Source: an uncultured Verrucomicrobiae bacterium (lineage in GTDB: Bacteria > Verrucomicrobiota > Verrucomicrobiia > Limisphaerales > Palsa-1400). From it: a stretch of DNA of 64,000 nucleotides. The notes under the pieces are model-generated. The model saw only the letters and a list, made by a program, of their open reading frames with translations, had not been told where the DNA came from and ran no database searches. The stretch lies in assembly GCA_963707025.1 (NCBI GenBank), contig CAVPOM010000012.1:32001-96000 (forward strand), written 5' to 3'. The stretch's first letter is position 1. Each line of letters begins with the position of its first letter. Of this stretch, positions 61,353-64,000 are shown piece after piece. A program made the position numbers and the translations under genes.

Positions 61353-62081
61353 TTACCGCCAAAGATTATACTTGAAAATGCACCGCAGCGCGCTGAACCC
61401 GTCCCGCCACCCGATCTTCTTTCCCTCGGCATAAGTGCGCCCGTAATAGGAAATGGAGACCTCGTAAATCCGCAGTCCCAGCCGGCTCACCTTGGCCACG
61501 ATCTCCGGCTCAAAACCAAACCGGTCCTCCTCAATTTGAATCTGCTGCATCACCTCGCGGCGGAAGACCTTGTAACCCGATTCCATGTCCGTCAGATTCA
61601 GGTTGGTCGCCATGTTGGAAAGCAGGGTCAGGGCTTTGTTGCCAACGTAATGCCAGAAATACAGCACCCGGTGCGCCCCGGACCCGGCAAAACGCGACCC
61701 GAACACCACGTCCGCCTTGCCAGCCAGGATCGGCCGGGTCAGAGTCCCGTAATCCGCCGGGTCATATTCCAGGTCCGCGTCCTGCACGATGACGATGGGG
61801 GCGGTCGCTTTGGCCAAGCCCGTGCGCAAGGCCGCGCCTTTGCCCCGGTTGAAGGTGTGCTGAAAAAGCCGGATGCGCCCATCGGCCTGCGCCAGCGGTT
61901 GGAGCACTTCCCAAGTCCCGTCGCGCGAGGCATCATCCACCACAATCACCTCCTGCACCAGCGGCTGGGCCAGGACGGTTTGCAGCACGGCGGCAATGGT
62001 GCCCGCCTCGTCGTAGGCCGGAATAATCACCGCCAGACAGGCGGGCTTTTGGGCTGGCGGCGGATTGATGGGCACTCGCAT
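61353..62081 (-). CDS. Family 2 glycosyltransferase (DPM1-like)
   Basis: IIPAYDE, VDDASRDGT, NRGKGAA, QDADLEYDP, FGFEPE, GKKIGWRDG. Confidence 0.93.
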   Translation of the reverse strand: MRVPINPPPAQKPACLAVIIPAYDEAGTIAAVLQTVLAQPLVQEVIVVDDASRDGTWEVLQPLAQADGRIRLFQHTFNRGKGAALRTGLAKATAPIVIVQDADLEYDPADYGTLTRPILAGKADVVFGSRFAGSGAHRVLYFWHYVGNKALTLLSNMATNLNLTDMESGYKVFRREVMQQIQIEEDRFGFEPEIVAKVSRLGLRIYEVSISYYGRTYAEGKKIGWRDGFSALRCIFKYNLWR

Positions 62082-62275
62082 GAACAGTCTATCGGCTTGT
62101 CCGCATTCTCACCCCATTCGCCTGCGCAGGTCAATGCCGAACCGAAAACCGTCACGCCTTCCAGGCGGCCAATGCGGCCCGGTAGCGGGAGGGGTCAACC
62201 CGGGGAGGCGGGAGGGGTCAACCCACTGGTTCCTCGACCTTTTCCGTGGATCTGATCGGGCAACGACGGATTCGG

Positions 62276-62474
62276 GGAGCGCGTGCGTCTCGCACGCCGT
62301 GTTTGGCGTCCCGCCAAACACATCCCGGCTTGGCCTCTCCCGGAAGGCAGCCCATCCGAAAGTCAATTCATGCCAAGGAACGGCGCAGAGGTGGGTCGCG
62401 AGACGCGCCCCACGGCGACCGGGAAGTCAGAACAACAGTAGGCTGGCCCGCTGAGCGGGCTGGTCGCGCTCCCC
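62276..62474. repeat. REP-like composite (GGGAGCGCG...CGCGCTCCCC) with internal hairpins
   Basis: Terminal inverted match plus the gtgtttggcg..cgccaaacac hairpin. Confidence 0.55.
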
Positions 62475-62703
62475 AACCCTTTCAGTCTTCAGCGGGAATC
62501 CACTGAAATCGTCGAGGCAACTCCAGACTTTGGGTTGACCCATTTTCGAGTGTCCATAAGTCGTTGCACTTCAATCTATTGCATCCCAATTTGGGCAAAG
62601 CTATAGTTTGACCGCTTTCACTGGCAAAGGGAGGGTGAGGTGCGCCACACCCGTTACACCGTTACAGTTGTTGATTATCAAAGGCTTACGAAAACTGCCC
62701 CCG

Positions 62704-62964
62704 TTACACCCCGTTACATTTTGTTACATCCAGCTTGCCGCCCTTCATCAGATCGGTCAGGTCTTCGATGAGTTGCTCCCTGTCAATGGCCCCTTCGCTG
62801 CTTTCCATGAACTTTTCTACGGCTTGTGCCTCGTTTTGCCCATCAACCACCTCCTGAGCGGCCTTGGCGGCTGCCAGCGCCTCATTTTCCTTTGGCGCTT
62901 CGAGGGCGAGGTCGCTCATGGCGTGGAGTTCTGGGAGCTTCCTTTGCACTTCTTGCTTGAGCAC
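62704..62964 (-). pseudogene. 3' fragment of an unknown protein, probably from a mobile element
   Basis: Coding-like acidic helical ORF with no clear start, upstream of the GTTACA repeats on its strand. Confidence 0.35.
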
Positions 62965-63160
62965 GTAGTGGTCGAGGGCTTGGCGGAAGGCCGAGACTCC
63001 GTCGTCAAGGGACCTTCAGCGACTTCACGACCAGGCTGATACCAGGGGCTTCGGCGACTCTGACGTTTGAGGAGTAGTTCTGATAAGGGGAATCAAACGT
63101 CAGTCTCGCCGAAGGGGGAAAGCGAAGGTGCAGGACAGGGCAAATATATGGTCTGACCCC

Positions 63161-63399
63161 TTGCACACAAACTGACTCCAGCAGGAAAAACCCCGGCTAT
63201 GACGTTGGGCCTTCAAATCGGCGACGTGCCGCGCGAAGTCAGGGCGATGAAAAAGAGAAAGGATTTGACTAAAGAGGCTTCCGGTTCGAATCATAAGTTG
63301 TCTCCGTTGATGATGGGTTTGGGTTCATGTTTTCACCCTCATTCTCATCAAAGACGGAGACCCTTTCCACCCTTTTTAAAAAGCTAATTTGGACACTAG
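63161..63399 (-). mobile_element. IS4-family left-end remnant (DUF4372 N-terminus)
   Basis: MIRTGSLFSQILSL..R.DF...V...A.RHSRGFSCWSQFV, cut at GGGGTCAGAC (63151-63160). Confidence 0.75.
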
Positions 63400-63694
63400 T
63401 GAGTTCCACCGGCGGCCTGGACTCCGGCATTTCCACCTGCACGAAATCCGGCGCAGATTGGCCCCGGTCCCGGCGTTGCCGCCAGCCGCAAAAGGTGGTG
63501 TAAGGGACCCCTTGCTGACGGGCAAAATCGGCGGCGGACAACCCGCTGCGATCAAACGCCCTCAGAAGTTGAGCGCGCCGGGCGGCATCGGTGCGGGGTG
63601 CCCGGCGTCTCGGATAAACACGGTTTTGCTTCATGGCCGGGTTTTTACCACGGCCGGTTGACAACTAATAGGGGGACCCTCCTTTACCGCTTAC
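63400..63694 (-). mobile_element. IS66-family left-end remnant with truncated TnpA (orfA)
   Basis: Terminal GTAAGCG at 63694; FDRSGLSAADFARQQGV.YTTFCGW...FVQV from ATG 63634. Confidence 0.75.
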
Positions 63695-63825
63695 TACAGG
63701 ATGACCACGGGGTCAGACAACTGGCTTTGGGACATTGCTGGGCTCGGGTTGATAACGGCCATCACAAGCACTGCATTCGCTTTCATCAACCAACCGCGAG
63801 AAAACCGGCCTTTTTAAACGGGCTG

Positions 63826-63999
63826 CTAGTCACCAACCGGACGCACCAAACAATTCGGGCCCAATTTCAAGCTCCCGTTTTTGTTAGCGTCGCCCCAGCA
63901 GGGGTCAATCGGAATAGTCCTGCCTTTAAACTCTCCGGTTAGAATCACGCCATATAAGGTATAGCCGCTTCCGTTATCTGCAAACCAGCGTGTCAGCTT
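63826..63999 (-). CDS. Possible 3' end of a lower-GC gene entering from outside the window
   Basis: Open frame KLTRWFADNGSGY...VRPVGD* on the minus strand. Confidence 0.3.
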   Translation of the reverse strand, partial: KLTRWFADNGSGYTLYGVILTGEFKGRTIPIDPCWGDANKNGSLKLGPNCLVRPVGD

Positions 64000-64000
64000 C

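Overview
High-GC bacterial chromosomal window. Gene content and intergenic repeats suggest Verrucomicrobiota subdivision 3 (Pedosphaera-like); this is inference. Main blocks: (1) 1-13.1 kb, a minus-strand DUF4159 / FHA-MoxR / DUF58 / BatA-vWA / vWA-GATase operon interrupted by an AhdI-like M-S-R restriction-modification cassette and a RelE-type TA pair. (2) 13.3-21 kb, an accessory patch with an AbiEii-like TA pair, two secreted paralogs with an identical N-terminus and the same in-frame TAG, a Y1 (HUH) transposase bounded by short inverted repeats, and a truncated LRR gene. (3) 24.6-37.9 kb, a double-cubane/2-hydroxyacyl-CoA dehydratase-family + methyltransferase + activator cluster co-oriented with selA-selB-selD. 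SelD carries an extra Cys-rich N-terminal domain and a CMD/AhpD-like C-terminal domain. The two parts are separated by a TA pair, IS4 and a lone attC cassette. (4) Oxidoreductases, surface proteins and a SpoIIE phosphatase. (5) A tandemly duplicated, partly decayed two-component block. (6) A non-canonical EF-P paralog, an anti-sigma gene with a remnant sigma, a GT2 and nested IS remnants. Eleven frameshifts are all +1 single-base insertions, which points to sequencing error rather than gene decay. No rRNA, tRNA (including selC) or CRISPR array was recognised. All family assignments are from motif recognition, not database searches.
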